Shown in pieces: positions 23,290 through 36,501 of a stretch of 64,000 nt of DNA (its first letter is position 1; every line of letters starts with the position of its first letter). The stretch is from Raillietiella orientalis (taxonomy: Eukaryota): the NCBI GenBank assembly GCA_036172245.1, contig JAYWIR010000009.1:3162001-3226000 (forward strand), given 5' to 3'. A program made the position numbers and the translations under genes. The notes under the pieces were generated by a model. That model was not told where the DNA came from. It ran no database searches and saw nothing but the letters and a program-made list of their open reading frames with translations.

Positions 23290-23865
23290 TACACGGGAAC
23301 GGCTGCGAGGTGACCTCGACTCAGGGAAGAGTTGGGGTCGGAGGTGGCCGGACTCCCACGCCGGTTCTGTCAAAAAAGGAACGGCCGAAGCCAAAGACTT
23401 CTGTCCTCCCCCACCCTCCCCTCATTTACCATCCCCTTCCCTTCCGTTCTGGACTTGTAGAGTGACCAACCTGCGCGTCGATGACCCTTCCCTTTGAACT
23501 TTTTGTTGTTGCTTTCCTTTAGGAACCCCGTCCCCAATGAACTTCATGAAGTTCATAAAGTTCATTTCTCGAAGAAAGACCCCCCACGTGAATGGAGGAA
23601 AGTGCCTCCTGGAGAGACTCGGAGGGCAGCAGAGGGAGGTCACCCTCTATGAGGACGGCTGCGAGGTGACTTCGCCTATAAGAGGGAGTCCAGTCGGAGA
23701 TCACCAGCATTCTGCGCCGCTGTTGAGCAAGAAGCGCCCCACACCAAACGTCTTCACCTTTTCTTTATTTATTTGTATATTGTCCATTCCCTTCCTCTTC
23801 CGGCTGACCCAGCAAACGACCTGCATGGTGTCGAACCCTCCTCTTGAAATTCCCTTTTTTGGGGG
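23290..23865 (+). repeat. Old tandem duplication (~355-bp period)
   Basis: ACGGCTGCGAGGTGAC at ~23299 and ~23655, followed by weaker colinear similarity (CCAT.CCCTTCC..TTCCG). Confidence 0.6.
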
Positions 23866-24849
23866 GAAGGCGGTCTCGTTCAGGGAACTGTGCTCCCAAC
23901 TTGTTTGCTATTTTTCATTAAATGCCCACCTACCCTCGGGTCGGAAACCGAATAGCAAATCAGTGGGTGTCTCGCAGTGGGGGTTCCCACGACCCCTCCT
24001 CCCTCCCTGTTGGACTCGCAGAGAAAGCTCTGCTTTGGGCACCGAAAATCATTGCAGATGACCGTCCGACATCCTGCCTTTGCTTTCTTCGAGCATGCAC
24101 GTGGTGAAGGGGAATCCGACTCACCCATTCACTGCCTCCTTTCTCCTCTTTCCTCCTTTTTCAAGAGGCATCCCATGCAACCGGTGAAATCGCTCTATTT
24201 GTGTTTTCCCAGCCCCCCGCATTCCGTTTGTTCTTCCATACACTTCCGTCTTCCGACTGTCCGGGTTGGCTCGAGTGGCCCCGCACCTGGCCGGGCAAAG
24301 AGTTGCCTGGCTCGAGAGCGCGAGATCGGCCGAATCCGCTGGAGACCTTTCAGCCGCGTGGCTCCTTTAGAGGCAACCCCCCTCTCCGCGTAGGCGCGGC
24401 TTGCGGAGATCCCTCGGTCGTCAGGGGAACGGCTGTTCGGCAGCTCGGATGTCCAGACCTGCCGGCTTTCTTCTCCGCATGCGGGTCAGCAGCGACGGTC
24501 AACGTGGAAGAAGGTCGTAGCCGTCACCCCACAGAGTTCGTCGGCGTTGCTAAGGGCAACGAAGTACCTCGATCCGGGTGAACGTGAGGGCAGACTGGCT
24601 CGCAACCAGCAAACGCACCCTCCCCCTTTCCTCGCCCATTCTTCTCATCCCTTCCCCATCCGGCGCGAGCCCACGGGAATTATTCTGGGCACCATTTCCT
24701 ATTTATTCATTCATTGTGGCTCCCTCCTCTCCTTCCAACGCTCCCTGGAGTGAGGCAGTTCCAGTGGGGAGCAGAGCCTTCCGGTTCGGACCAGTACACC
24801 TCTATCCTTCTCTTCTTGTGTCGTTTCTTCGTCCTGAATGGGCGTCCCG

Positions 24850-27640
24850 TCGACCCGCGATGAGCGGGCCAGTTGCCCGGCTTCCCTCCAGCGGGGATAC
24901 AAAGCGATCGATCGAAAAGGTGGGCTCGACTCACCCACTCGAGCACGTGGATCGATCTCCCCGACCACTTTGTGCCGGAAGCGTCACACATCTGGTGGCC
25001 AGTACATCAGACCACTCACGCGCTGGTTTACTCGAAAAAAGAGAACCGGTGCGCACGTGCCCTTCGGAAAAATACGCCCAGCGTCTCCCCCCCTCACACT
25101 ATTCCTCCAATCCGGCACTTTCTCTCCAACGAACCACCGAAGAGCAGGCTGCAGCCACTCCGAGGTCGTCCTGTGGGGGGCGCGAGGATCTCCTGGAAGA
25201 GCCCACCTAGAGCGCCACTCTCGCGCTGGAAGCCGTTCCAGAGATGAAGAGGAGCGCGTTTCACCATCCAGAGGCGGGAATGGACCCAAGGAACAGGTTG
25301 CCGACCGGGAGGTCACCTGCTCTACCTACTGCTCCATTCACGTGGCGGGGCTCAAGGTGCTTTCGTACCCACCATGCCCTCCAGGGATGACGCGAGATCC
25401 ATTGCACCGAAGGTGCGTGGGTGCGCATTCTTAGTAGTTGCCTCCAGCAACTAAACCTTCATCCCGGTTAAGCATGGCGAGATGGGGTGGGAAGGAGGCA
25501 AAAAGCAACTCGCACACGATGAGAGCCGCCGACCTGCAGCCCCAGCACCCGCACTCGGGGCGGACTTGCTCCTTCGACTCGACTTCCTACTGTAACGCAC
25601 TAGACGTCGGCTGCCCTTCCCAAAGCTCCTCCAACGTCTCTGGGGAGACGAGGAGAACGCGTAGGAGGATTGGCTCTCTGCTTCCCGAGAGGGAAGTAGA
25701 GAGCACGACCGCTCGCCGTAGGGCCCCCAGGACTGCCGAATCCAGAGCGGCTGAAGAGTCTTCCAGGAGACACCATGAGAGCCTCCTCAAGGTGTAGGTA
25801 AGCACAACAAAGTGAAGGACCGTGTGAAGACGGAGTCCCTGCAAGGAGTTTCCGATCCTGGAATCGATCGATTCCGGTCTGGCCGATTCCCGTTCCTGTT
25901 CGAAGAATAACACAGAATCGTGCCTCGCGGAAACTCAAGAGAAACCACTGGCTTCCAGCAGGATTTCCGGGACGAAAGGGGGAGATGCGAGGGTCCCTTC
26001 TGATCTATGGTCCGTCTGAGGAGGAAGGAAGGAGGAGGAAAAGTGGTGAGCAGGAGGATGAAGTTCCAAGCATTCGGAGGTCTAATCCGAGTCAGCATTC
26101 TGCCACCGTTCTGAGAGTCCCTTCAAGGGAAAGTCTCTTGAATGCGAGTCCACCGAATTGACTTCGGTCTGCCAGGCCCTCTCCACTTCGAGATGAAGGG
26201 GCCTCGTCAAAGGGGCACCGGTTACGTCTGCCCTGCAGCATCCATCTCTACGCCTGGAGATTCATATTCGATTTCCTGGCATCCTTGCCAGCTCCTGATG
26301 GAAGGAGGCGACTTGCTTGTTCCTCTGGCCAGACGCGTGAGGTTCGACGAAAGAGGGCAACTCCGAGCCACCCACGCAGCACTGATCGCCCGGAATGCGT
26401 CCCGAAAATGCCCACGGAGAGCATCTTCACCGTCTCCTCCTGGGCGCGCTCGTGCAAAGGACGGACAGTTTTCATCCCTGCCTCGAATCGGGCAAGGTGG
26501 AAACCTCCCCTCCCTCTCCCCCTTCCGAGGACACGCTCCTTACTGACGCGAAACGGATGCTGGGGAATCGATTCTTGAACGACCCAGTTGATTGCCCACT
26601 CGCCAATTCGCATCTCTGCAGCGTCCTTGCGATCTGCGGACCTGTGACGCGACCTCGGAGACGCGCGCTGCCCGGGACGAAGGGCTCACTCGCTTGGCTC
26701 CGGATGGCAAGTGGGTCACGCTTCCGGGGCAAAGAGCAGGAGCGAATCCTCACGAGGACTCGGTTATCCCGCTTTTCCGAGAGGCTCAAGAGGGATCCCT
26801 TGCATGTCGGATGAGGATAACAGAGGTCGATGGAAAATGTCCGTCTCTGTGATGGTCGGCGCAGAGCTCAGGGGTTCAGCCGTTTTGCTCTTTGAAATTT
26901 TGGAACGGATACCGAACTGCCTGGAAAGCTAGGAGGAACCACTGGCTTCCAGCGGGATTGCCGGGACGAAAAAGGAAGGTGCGAGGGCGAAATGGTCCCT
27001 TCTGAGCTATGGTCCGTCCGAGGAGGAGGAGGGAGGAGGAGGAAGGAAGGAAGGAGGAAGAGAGGAGGAGGAAGGGAGTGAGAGAGGAAGAGGGGGAGGA
27101 AGGAAGGAGGGGGAAAAAGAGGGGAGGAGGAAGGCAAAATGTTATTCAAGAGGGTCGTGTCTAACAAGCGCCTCCTTTTCTCACTTACTTCTTGCTGACC
27201 AATAAAGTGTGGTCTGTGAGCAAGAAAAGGCTGGAGGGACTGACTTTCTTGCCCCGAGTGCAATTCTTGTATGGGAATGAAAGAACAAGGGAGGAGGTAT
27301 CACTGCGGATACACCTGAGCACGCGCCACAGCGGCGTCGGGGAAGACCAAGGGAGCGAAGGGGGCAAGAGGTTCGGGCAAGAGGGGGAGGTCGCGAACGA
27401 CTTCAGTGGGCTGCTCTGCTCGGCGTCTCAATTCGTCGGCGACCCCCGTTCCGGACGCTTCCGTTCCACCTGGCCTCGCTCCACGGAAGCGGATCAAATG
27501 GCTCGTTCAGGTTGCTAGGATCCCTGTCGAGGCTGTCAAATCCAGCAAGATGGGGAAGCTTTCCTGCTCCCAGGGAAGACCGATCCACTCCATCACGGAA
27601 CTCGTTCTTTCCTGAGACCACTTGCCGCTGGACGGTGAGG
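24850..27640 (+). mobile_element. Fossil CR1/L2-group LINE ORF2 (endonuclease-RT), highly decayed
   Basis: Ordered motif remnants: SDH ~25010; SISWHPCQLLME ~26280 (PISLTSIPCKLLE-like); GCWGIDS*TTQLI ~26570 (GFR..RSCETQLI-like); RITEVDGK ~26820; VANDFS..SASQF ~27400; RNSFFPETTCRW 27596-27631 (SFFPRT..W-like). Confidence 0.55.
25941..27135 (+). repeat. Two copies of a ~80-bp element followed by a GGA-rich tail
   Basis: AACCACTGGCTTCCAGC..GGATT.CCGGGACGAAA..TGCGAGGG..TCCCTTCTGA.CTATGGTCCGTC.GAGGAGGA at ~25941 and ~26936. Confidence 0.85.
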
Positions 27641-28554
27641 GCGCGTGAGAACCCAGCAAATACGACCGGAAACCGATTCTCGGGCGTCTTGAACGGCGAT
27701 GATACTTCCGGGCTTCGGGATCGAGGGAGCGGCGCCGCGAGACGGGATGAGAGAGGAATTGCTCTCTGGAGCAGCAATAAATCATTGCGCAAGAAATCAG
27801 GCGGAGCGACTACGGAAACGGGATCTTCCCCGCATTCCGACGTCCCTCTGGTGAGCAAACAAAGCAATCAGCCAAGCGGAAGAGACGGAGAGCCGCAACC
27901 CGCGAAGGGAAGCAGGATTTCGAAGGACAAGGACACGTTTTGGAATGCGTCCTTGTCCTCCGACTCCGTTCCGCGGCTCCGAGCAGTCGAGCAGACATTC
28001 CGCGCCAACACAAAGCTCGCTCTACACCTTTGGATGACTCTGTAGATTTCCCACCCCGGCGCTTCGAGTTTGGTCGGTCAAAGGAACCCACGGCAGAGGA
28101 GGCAGCATCGTCCGGTCTCCGCCCCGAAATTTCGAAGAGGAACCTCGTACGGGCAGTTTCTTCGCGGGACAGTAAGCATGGAATGTCTTCGGCTCTTTTC
28201 TCTCTCTCCCTCTCACTCTTTTTTGGCACTACTGAAGAGCACGTCTTGCTGGTCCTCATCCAAAACTTCAGCATCGCTCCGGAGGTGGTCACACGGGAAA
28301 AAGGCCATTTCCTCTCCACGGCATCCCGGAAGATACGCTTCCGTTGGCGACGGAGGGAAAATCTGGGCGCCCTCTGTTCCACCTGATCATCTCTTCACAC
28401 TCGGCTGCGCCGGGGCGTTTCATTAAAAGGGGTGGATACGGGGGGTCAACATTAGAGTCAGAGAGCTGGGTCCCGCTATCTTCTTTCACCCAGGAACTTG
28501 CCGAGCAACCGGTTCTCATGACCAGCGAGGATCACCTCGACAGCGGAGTGGAGG

Positions 28555-30050
28555 GGAAGAAACAAAGAGGAAACAAAATACATAAATAGAAACGTACTCC
28601 GGGTGGGGGATGAGGGAAGGGATAACTGTCTGCTGTGGAGTGTCTTCTGTATCCTTCCAAGGATGCCAGCAAGTTCGCACTGCGTATTTACCAGATGGGG
28701 CCATCCCGCAGCCATCCCCAAGAAGCGGATCGCAAACTCGATGGCATCCCTGTCACTGTCGCCTCTTTCGCTGCCGCTCCAGCAGCCACGATCCCGCGTC
28801 GGCGGCAGAGAGCCACGAGGGATGCGGCGGGCGGAAGAGCATCTCGCACGGATAGGCATCTCAGTGCGTCTCTGGGGTGACCTTCGGGGGAAGCCCAGGG
28901 TCGCGGCGAAGCGTTCCCACAGGAGACGGAGGGCAACACAATCCACGAGCAAGTGCGAGAGGGATTCGCTCTCCCCGCTCCCGCCGCAGTTGGGACTCGC
29001 ACACACCTCGGATCCAGCGATGCCTGCGGGCGTTGCGAAGGAGGTCCCAATGCAGCACCATGGACTCCTGACACCTAAGAGGGAGAAGAAGGTGTGGCAG
29101 TCTTTCAGCACCGGGGGCCACTCGAGGTCCTCCCGGGGAATTCCCAGCAGCAAAAAGTCCTTTGGGTGGGGGACTCGGGATCGCAGCATCAGTCAGTCGA
29201 CCCGTCATCCACGCACCTAACTCTTTTGATTTCGCTCCCGACCTGGCAGGCGATCTCTCATCTTGGCGGCAGGCCTCTGCCAATCAGCGCGCTCAGGGAT
29301 AGCAGCGCCGCAGCAAGGGAGGTTCGCTGTGCCCATAACCTCAAACCGGGATGAACGGGGAACCTGATCACCAGCCTGGAACTCCGGGTTTCGGATTTGG
29401 AAATCATCTTCTCGGATCAGTTTCAGTGCGTGCCTTCCCGGAAGCAGCGGGTGCGTGAGCGAGCGACCCCCAGGAGTTTGGTCGACATCCACTCTTCAAG
29501 TTGGGCTCAGCTCCGTGGGGTGGCGCTTTGGAGGCGGTGAGCTCGAATTCATCCCCATCCATTCGGCTGAGCACGCTGTCCGGGAGAGAGCAAGCCGCCT
29601 CTCCTTAGACTGTCGTCATCCTATTGGCGCGCCTTGTCTCAGTATGCGGCATCGACAGAGGAGATAGGGGGTGGTCTCGAAAAACCCTTGGTGGGACTTT
29701 GCGTGACCTCTCTGCCACCGCCGCGATGTGTCAAGTTCAACGGTGCTGACCGCAGCGCCAAGGCAAGGGGTGCGGAGTCGCGCGTCGTCCGTTCGGGAAG
29801 AAGCCATCCGGAGATGCGAGATCGACGGGAATTCAGTCCGTCTCCCTGGGGGAGGCCAAAGCTTTCTCAACAACGAGAAAGTCCCCAGTTCTCTTTGGCG
29901 GGGGGGGGGGGGAAGGGGGGAGGTGGGCAGCAACCTTCCGTATGATTTGGTCGCTTTCGTGAGCCGCGGTCGGCACGGCTGAGGAGAATACGACGCCCGA
30001 AGGACCAATAGGATTTTCGAGGAAGGATAACGGAGGCGCAACGGTGTGCC
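28555..30050 (-). mobile_element. 3' fragment of an L1/Tx1-clade non-LTR retrotransposon, decayed
   Basis: C-terminal zinc knuckle CASPNCGGSGESESLSHLLVDC..LWERF (29003-28938, zf-RVT-like), followed by a T-rich 3' tract (28555-28595); right boundary uncertain. Confidence 0.7.
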
Positions 30051-33000
30051 CATGCCGGCTGAGAGTCACGTCCAGCTGGAGGGGATTGCGTCATGGCTTC
30101 GGTCTGAGACTGTCAAAGCCTGAGCGGGAGCATAGCTCAAATCCGGAGGAAATCCGAAAATCGATTGCCACTCCACTGCAGCGTGGGCATCCGAGTTAAT
30201 GGGCACACAAAGAGTAAAAGGAGAACAATAAGACGAGGATTCGTGCGGAAGAAGATGGCTGACTCCTTTCTCGGGGATGGAAAATACGCCGCGTTTACGA
30301 ACGGATGAGTTGGAAAGCAGCAACCCTCCCCCCCCACCCGCCCCCCTTCACCCCCCATTTGAAGCTCGGACGGAGCAGGGCGTTCAGTTTTTGTTCCGCT
30401 AGCGTTAAACCTGCATATTTTCAGCATGCAAATTAAGGGAAGAGCGGGAAGACTTCGGGCGAGGATTCGACGGGCAGGAGAAAGGTGGAAATCGCCCGGA
30501 AAAAGATTGCCATCATCGATCATTCCAACTAAAGGATGCTGCGCACGGTCACTTTCTGTTTACGGGCTCACTTTGAGGAGCATGTTGGGAGGGGGGGGGG
30601 GGTGAAGAAACGGACGTCATGCGCGCCGGGCACGTTATCGATGAGCTGCTAATGCTGCCATCGATAAGCGACGCATGGAAAAATCCCGAGCAAATAAATA
30701 AGCGGGAATTCGCCTTTCCGAAACCCAAGGACTCGATCGCGAACGGCTGGAGGTGCGGACGGTACCTCCCGGCGAGGCTGGCAGCTCCACTCGGCAAAGA
30801 TCCCTTATTTATCTCCGCGGGCTTGGCAGCTCTCCTTTTAGGAATGCCGGGAGAAACGCGAGAAACATCCGAAGGGGAAGAAGAGGAGCTGCCGGAGCCG
30901 TTCTGTCATTCCGAGTCGGCTAACAAGTGCCTCTTCGGGCCGGGAAAAGCTTCCAGGACGTTCTCTCCCGAAAGCGCGCAGGTTTGACACGCGGGAGGAA
31001 TGCCGACGCCCCGGTCCAAACGTCTCCTTCGCCCGCAAGCGCCCGGCCGTCCACGCTGCCGCGCCGAGAAGAGCGAACTTTCCGGGGATCCCTGGCAACA
31101 CTGCTCGACAGCCATAATTCCTTCGAGTGGGCCATAAAATTTCGGATTGCTCTCCACATCTCTCGCAGTCCGCGCAGCTTCGCTCCACATCCGAATATCA
31201 GGGAGGAAAACGTGCAGTCGGGAAAGCGTTGGGAAGAGGCAATCTTCCGCGCAGGAGAACGAGGAGCGTCACGTGGCGAGGAATCGGGAAAATCGAACCG
31301 CAGCCTCATTTCCGATCTTCTCCCAATGTTAAAAAAGCCCCCCACCCCGCTTAAAAAAAAAAAGAAAAATGTTGCTTCGACAGAAAAATCCCAAAAGAAG
31401 TACCCCCCCCCCCTCCTCCCCCATAAATGAAGGGATTCCTTGCCTGGGATGCTGTGCATTGAATCGCTTCGAAAGCACCTCGACGATGTGATCAATCAAA
31501 CACGAAACTGCCAAATCGAGGGATTTCTTTCCGACGACGAGTCAAAGGGAGCTCACACGGTGCAGACGCTCGCCGGAACCCATGCGGATGGGGGAGCACC
31601 CACGTTGTTCTTTCCCCCCCCCCCCCTGCCCGGTTGCATCAACACAAACATCCGCCCCGTTGTTGACTCCGGAAGTGGCAGTCAACGCTTTCGTGAGCGC
31701 CTTCTTCATCAGCCGACGCACGCCGGGGGTCCGCAGCAAAGGACGCATCCTTCAAGCCCCGACCCTCGAAGAACACGGCGGACACGAGGAACGCATGCAG
31801 ACAAAACGCATGGGTCCGCTGGGAGAAGAGATGCTCGCGCGGGAGGAACATTTTTTTCCCGCAGCGGAAGATGCGAGCGATAACAGATGAGCAACGCGTG
31901 GAAGCAAAAGTGGGAGCATTGAGGTAATTCGCGTGCGGAAAGTGTCGAGTTGACGTCATCGGGAGATCGCGCGGAAAGCGGAAAAAGATAAATGGAAAAG
32001 TGGTTGGATTTCTTTTTCCACGGCCCAAAAGTGAAAAATCAGGGATTTTCGGGAAGCGGAACCGTGATTGGCACGACCGAGGAACCCGCAAAAGAGAACA
32101 CGGCGAACAGGGTGGACGTGGACTCTTTTTTTTTTTTTTCCTTTCCCAGAAATGCGAAGTTGCTTTTGAGGGGACTCCCGCGGCTTTTTCGAAGGGGTGG
32201 GCACGGCGACCTCGGATCGACATCATCACGAACGCCGGCAGGGCGAGGAACCGAACCTGCGAGCATCCAAGAGATGCCTTTCGAACGCGTGCGAGCGCCA
32301 CCCGGGTGGCTGAGCCGACATCGACCGCCGTCCTCGAGGCCGGGACGAGGGCACTTCCTTGCCGGCATCACACTTCCCTTCGCGGCCCTTTGGCTAAGGT
32401 CAAAGTGGGATCATTTGCTTGCAAGTCACGCTACCTTCGCACTCGGTAGCGATGTACCCTCCTCGCAGGTCATTTGGTGCACGCCGAAAGATATTGCCTT
32501 GAAGCGCCTCTTCGTGCGCGAAGCCTTTCGCCTGCCGCAGCCCCAGCTGCTGCTGCCTACGCGGGACTGCGGCGGCCTGGAGCCACGAGAGAGGAGCACG
32601 GCGCGATGGGGACGCCACCTGCCCTCCGCCCTGCCCTCCATGAGGACGGCAGCAAGATGGCCCCGCCTGGGACCCATACCCGGACGGAACTAGCGGGCAT
32701 CTCGGAATGGATGCAGAGGACGTCCTCCAGCGCTCGGTGATCCCTTCCCTAACCCTCCCAATTTTTTGCACACTTTTTGTTTTATTTTTCTATTTCTGGA
32801 CCTTTCCTCTCCCCCCCCCCCCCCTCCGCTGCCGAGGCGAACCTCGCCGGCCTGCATGCCGGTCACTCGGCAGGTTCCGGGCATTTTCGGAGATTGTAGG
32901 GCCGATGGCCCTACACATGTGAACGACCCGTCGGCGGCGTGGCCGGGTGATGAACCAAAATTCGACCGTGCCCTGAAGGTCCGCGAACACATTTGGTCCA

Positions 33001-36000
33001 TGGTTTCTAAATAACACAAACATCTAATTTCATGAAACGTTATTTTTATTGTAATCCCCGTGATGGGTCTCGGATTTTTCTTCATCCTCGTTCTTCCTCG
33101 TCATCGAGTTGACCGGGGGTTACTTTTGAGCCCGTGAGCGATTGCTCTCCGGTGTACATGGACCGCATTATTCGCCTCGTGTTCGTTGCATCTGTTGCAC
33201 AATCTCGCCGTCACGTGGGTTTGCTTACGTCGACGCCGTCGTCGGCCGCATTTGAGCGTCACCGCCGAGGACCGTTCTTCTCATCGTTCCGGTCGAGACG
33301 TTCGAGTGGGGGGGGGGGGGGGAAAGAGGAGGAGATTCGATGGGTTCGCTGTTGACAGCACTACGCTTCAACTCGGACTTCACAATCCCCTCGGGTGGAC
33401 TACGAAGGCGACCCCACGACCGCAGAGTTTTCAACCGACTGCTGAAACCCAACCGAGGAGGATCAGCAGAGTTGGGAGATTCCCAGTGGCGGCACACACG
33501 ACGCTTGGGACTCCTCGAATCATTGTACGCCCTCTTCTTGTTCGCCCTCCCGCGTACCGAAGAACGCAAGTCTTACAGCACGAAGTCCCTCATGCGGAAG
33601 TTATTGTACTGAGATGCACCCCACGCTCCCGGAGACTTCCTGCGCGACTTGGCAACGATGAAGGAGTTTCTGCGGAGTGCCTTTTCCCGATTTTCGTCAT
33701 CTTCTTCTGGATCACTGCCGCCGAGCGTCCCTGTGCAAGGCTGCTTCGAGAAACGAGAGCGACCACTGCTGGGGGGGAGGGGGGGAGGATAATTTATTGG
33801 GTTGCCAAAGGGAGGAACGAAACTTTCAAAATCCCGCATGCCCAATCCCATGCCACTTTCACCGAGTTGCACGCGCCGTGTTTCTTTTTTTTTTTTCTGA
33901 ACCCACTTCTGAAGAACCCGAAACACGTGTGAACACACACACTTTCTGCGGACGTTTCTGGACGCGGGAAGCGCATGCCAAAGCCCCTTTCGCATCTGTG
34001 GACCACGGAGCCTTCCACTTGGAATGGGCGCCTCATCGACCGCATTCAACTCGCAAAAGGAGCTGCTGCAACCCTCAAAACTCCCAACTGCTGTGAGCCC
34101 CAACTTCGCTGTCGTGCACGGTCGGGGTGGTCGACACTGCCACGGGAAAAAGAAAAGAAAAAAAGGAAACTTTAGAATAGTTGCAAAATAAAAATCTCTG
34201 TTCGAATCTGATGGGCGAACCGCAGCCAAAGCATTCAAACGACCGGGAGTGATTTTCGATACGAAAGGGGGAAAAGGGGGCTTTCCAAGGTGAATGCAGC
34301 AACGCGGGAATTCCCAGTCCTTGCAGACGTCGACGAAAAGACTGGGTTGCTGGCTGGCTGAACCCCCTCCCCTCCCCCCCGTTGCCGGGCATCCCCTCGG
34401 GCGGCTCTTCAGCCGGGACCAAAGCGTCCGTGCAAGGAAAGCACGACGCCTTCTCGAATCCGATGCGCGTTTGCTGTGTGCCCTCCGTGCCTAAATGGCC
34501 TCTAATTTAGAATGCCAAGCCCGAACAGGCCGAAGCTGCTCCCCGAGAGTTCTCTCAAAACACGCGGGGGGGGGGGGGTCCAAGCAGATGGGCAGCTGTG
34601 TGATCATTCCTGATCGCTTTACGCCTCAGAGGCGTCGCATTTCGGTTCTTGCCGGAGGGTTTCCTCCGCGCTGCTGCAACGAAAAAACCATCTGCAGCAC
34701 CTCTTCGCGGACGCTGTTCCACAGGGATGAACCCGCATCACCTTGGCCTCTGAATCATGCCGGGGGGTGGGTGGGGGCGGCGGCAGAAATCCCGGCTTGC
34801 TCCGGGATGGCTTCCTTCCGACCGTGTCCGAATTTTTTTTTTTCGCGCTCATTTTGCTGTGTCACACACAACGGCGTTCCAAATCCCGAAGATTAGCCCG
34901 CATTTGTATCTTCACCGACCAACTCCAAAAGAAGATCGCTCCGAAGGTGCTGCCTCCACCGTTCCTGACCTCCGTCCCGCTGCATGCAAGCCGTCCGAAC
35001 ACCAAGCGGTTGCTTTTCCTCTTCCTTCTTTTTTGCCGACAGCCATTCGAACGACCACTTGTTGCTCCTTCCCGGGGAACGTCCTCGCAGCCGAGGTCCT
35101 CTGAGACGCTTCACACCGAACCACCAGAGAGAGTCATCGTGCTTTGGACGAAAACGATTCCCCTGCGCGCCAATCTTCGAGATGTTTAGGGGCTTCCAGC
35201 GGATGGTGGGCTGCCTGATTCGAATCCGACGGCCTGGAGGACCACTAAGCGACCTCGACGACCGCCACGGGGTGATCCCACGCAGATTGTGCGGGATGAC
35301 TTCCCACGTACTACGAGAGGGATCATCGAACGTCTGCAACACGCAATCCAAGAAGCTCTGCATGGCTGAAGCGTGTTGGAAAATCCTTCATGCCGCTCAC
35401 CTGTTGCACACTCGGCTGTTTTGCCTTTGCGGCTTCATTTAACGAAGGCAGCTTTTTTCTCCCCCCCCCCCCCCCCCTTAACAGCATTTACAAACACACA
35501 GAGGAAAATACGTTTTCCATCTGATACGAGAGAAGAAAAAAAAAAAAATGCAACTATTTGTAATTCCCATTTGCAATCGGAGTCACGAGGCCGCAAAAAA
35601 CAACAACAAAAGAAAAAAAAAAACAGTTCCACGGGGTGAAACATATTTTGTTTACTTCTCGACGTTAGGAAAATTCCATGCTGTGGGAAAACATTTTTCG
35701 ATTTGGCTGCACGCATTTCACTTCTGCTCATTTCGATTCGGGCAATTTCGACCACGAACCGTCCATCCACGTTTGCACAGCGGACAGGGCGGACTGCCGT
35801 TATTGGCACTCCGTTAGCACCGACTCTGAAAAAATCTGATGGAGGGAAAAATCTGATGGAGGGAAAAATCTGCAGCCATCACCATCGACCGCCTGCACGA
35901 AGTCCTTGGGATGCTAAAACCGATCCGTCAGCATAAAAGGCAAAAAACTCCACCCTCCGTGGGGAAGAACGAAACATTCGACTCATTAGACACTGATGAG

Positions 36001-36501
36001 TAAGCTTATATATTTGGCAAAAGCACCTCCTTTCGATCGCGTTTTCCAATCAGAATTTCTTATCTTTAGCTTCAGAAAGACCACGTGCCCTTTGGACTTC
36101 CTCCTTCCATCTTTAGAATCGCATACACATATTTACGAGTCCACCTCTTTTTTTTTTTTTTTTTTCTTTTCTTTTCTAACAAAAAGGCACGAAATTTGGA
36201 AGGGTTCTATCACTTTATCTTATGGTGCATTTCACAATGATTACTGCCAGCACTTCCTACTCGATTCCCACACAAGCACTGTTTAATGGAAATACTAAGC
36301 AAGGATTGATGTAACAGATCAAGGAACTGCCAGGATAGAACAGATGCCAACAAAAAAAGTAAATGCAATAATAGACTACTTAAAACAAGGAACTTGCAAA
36401 CACAAATCGTGATTCACAACCGTGAACACAAAATTGTGATTCATTCTCGCCGTCTTTAAAAACTGAGCAAGGTTTACAAACATCCGTCCACATGAACAGA
36501 A

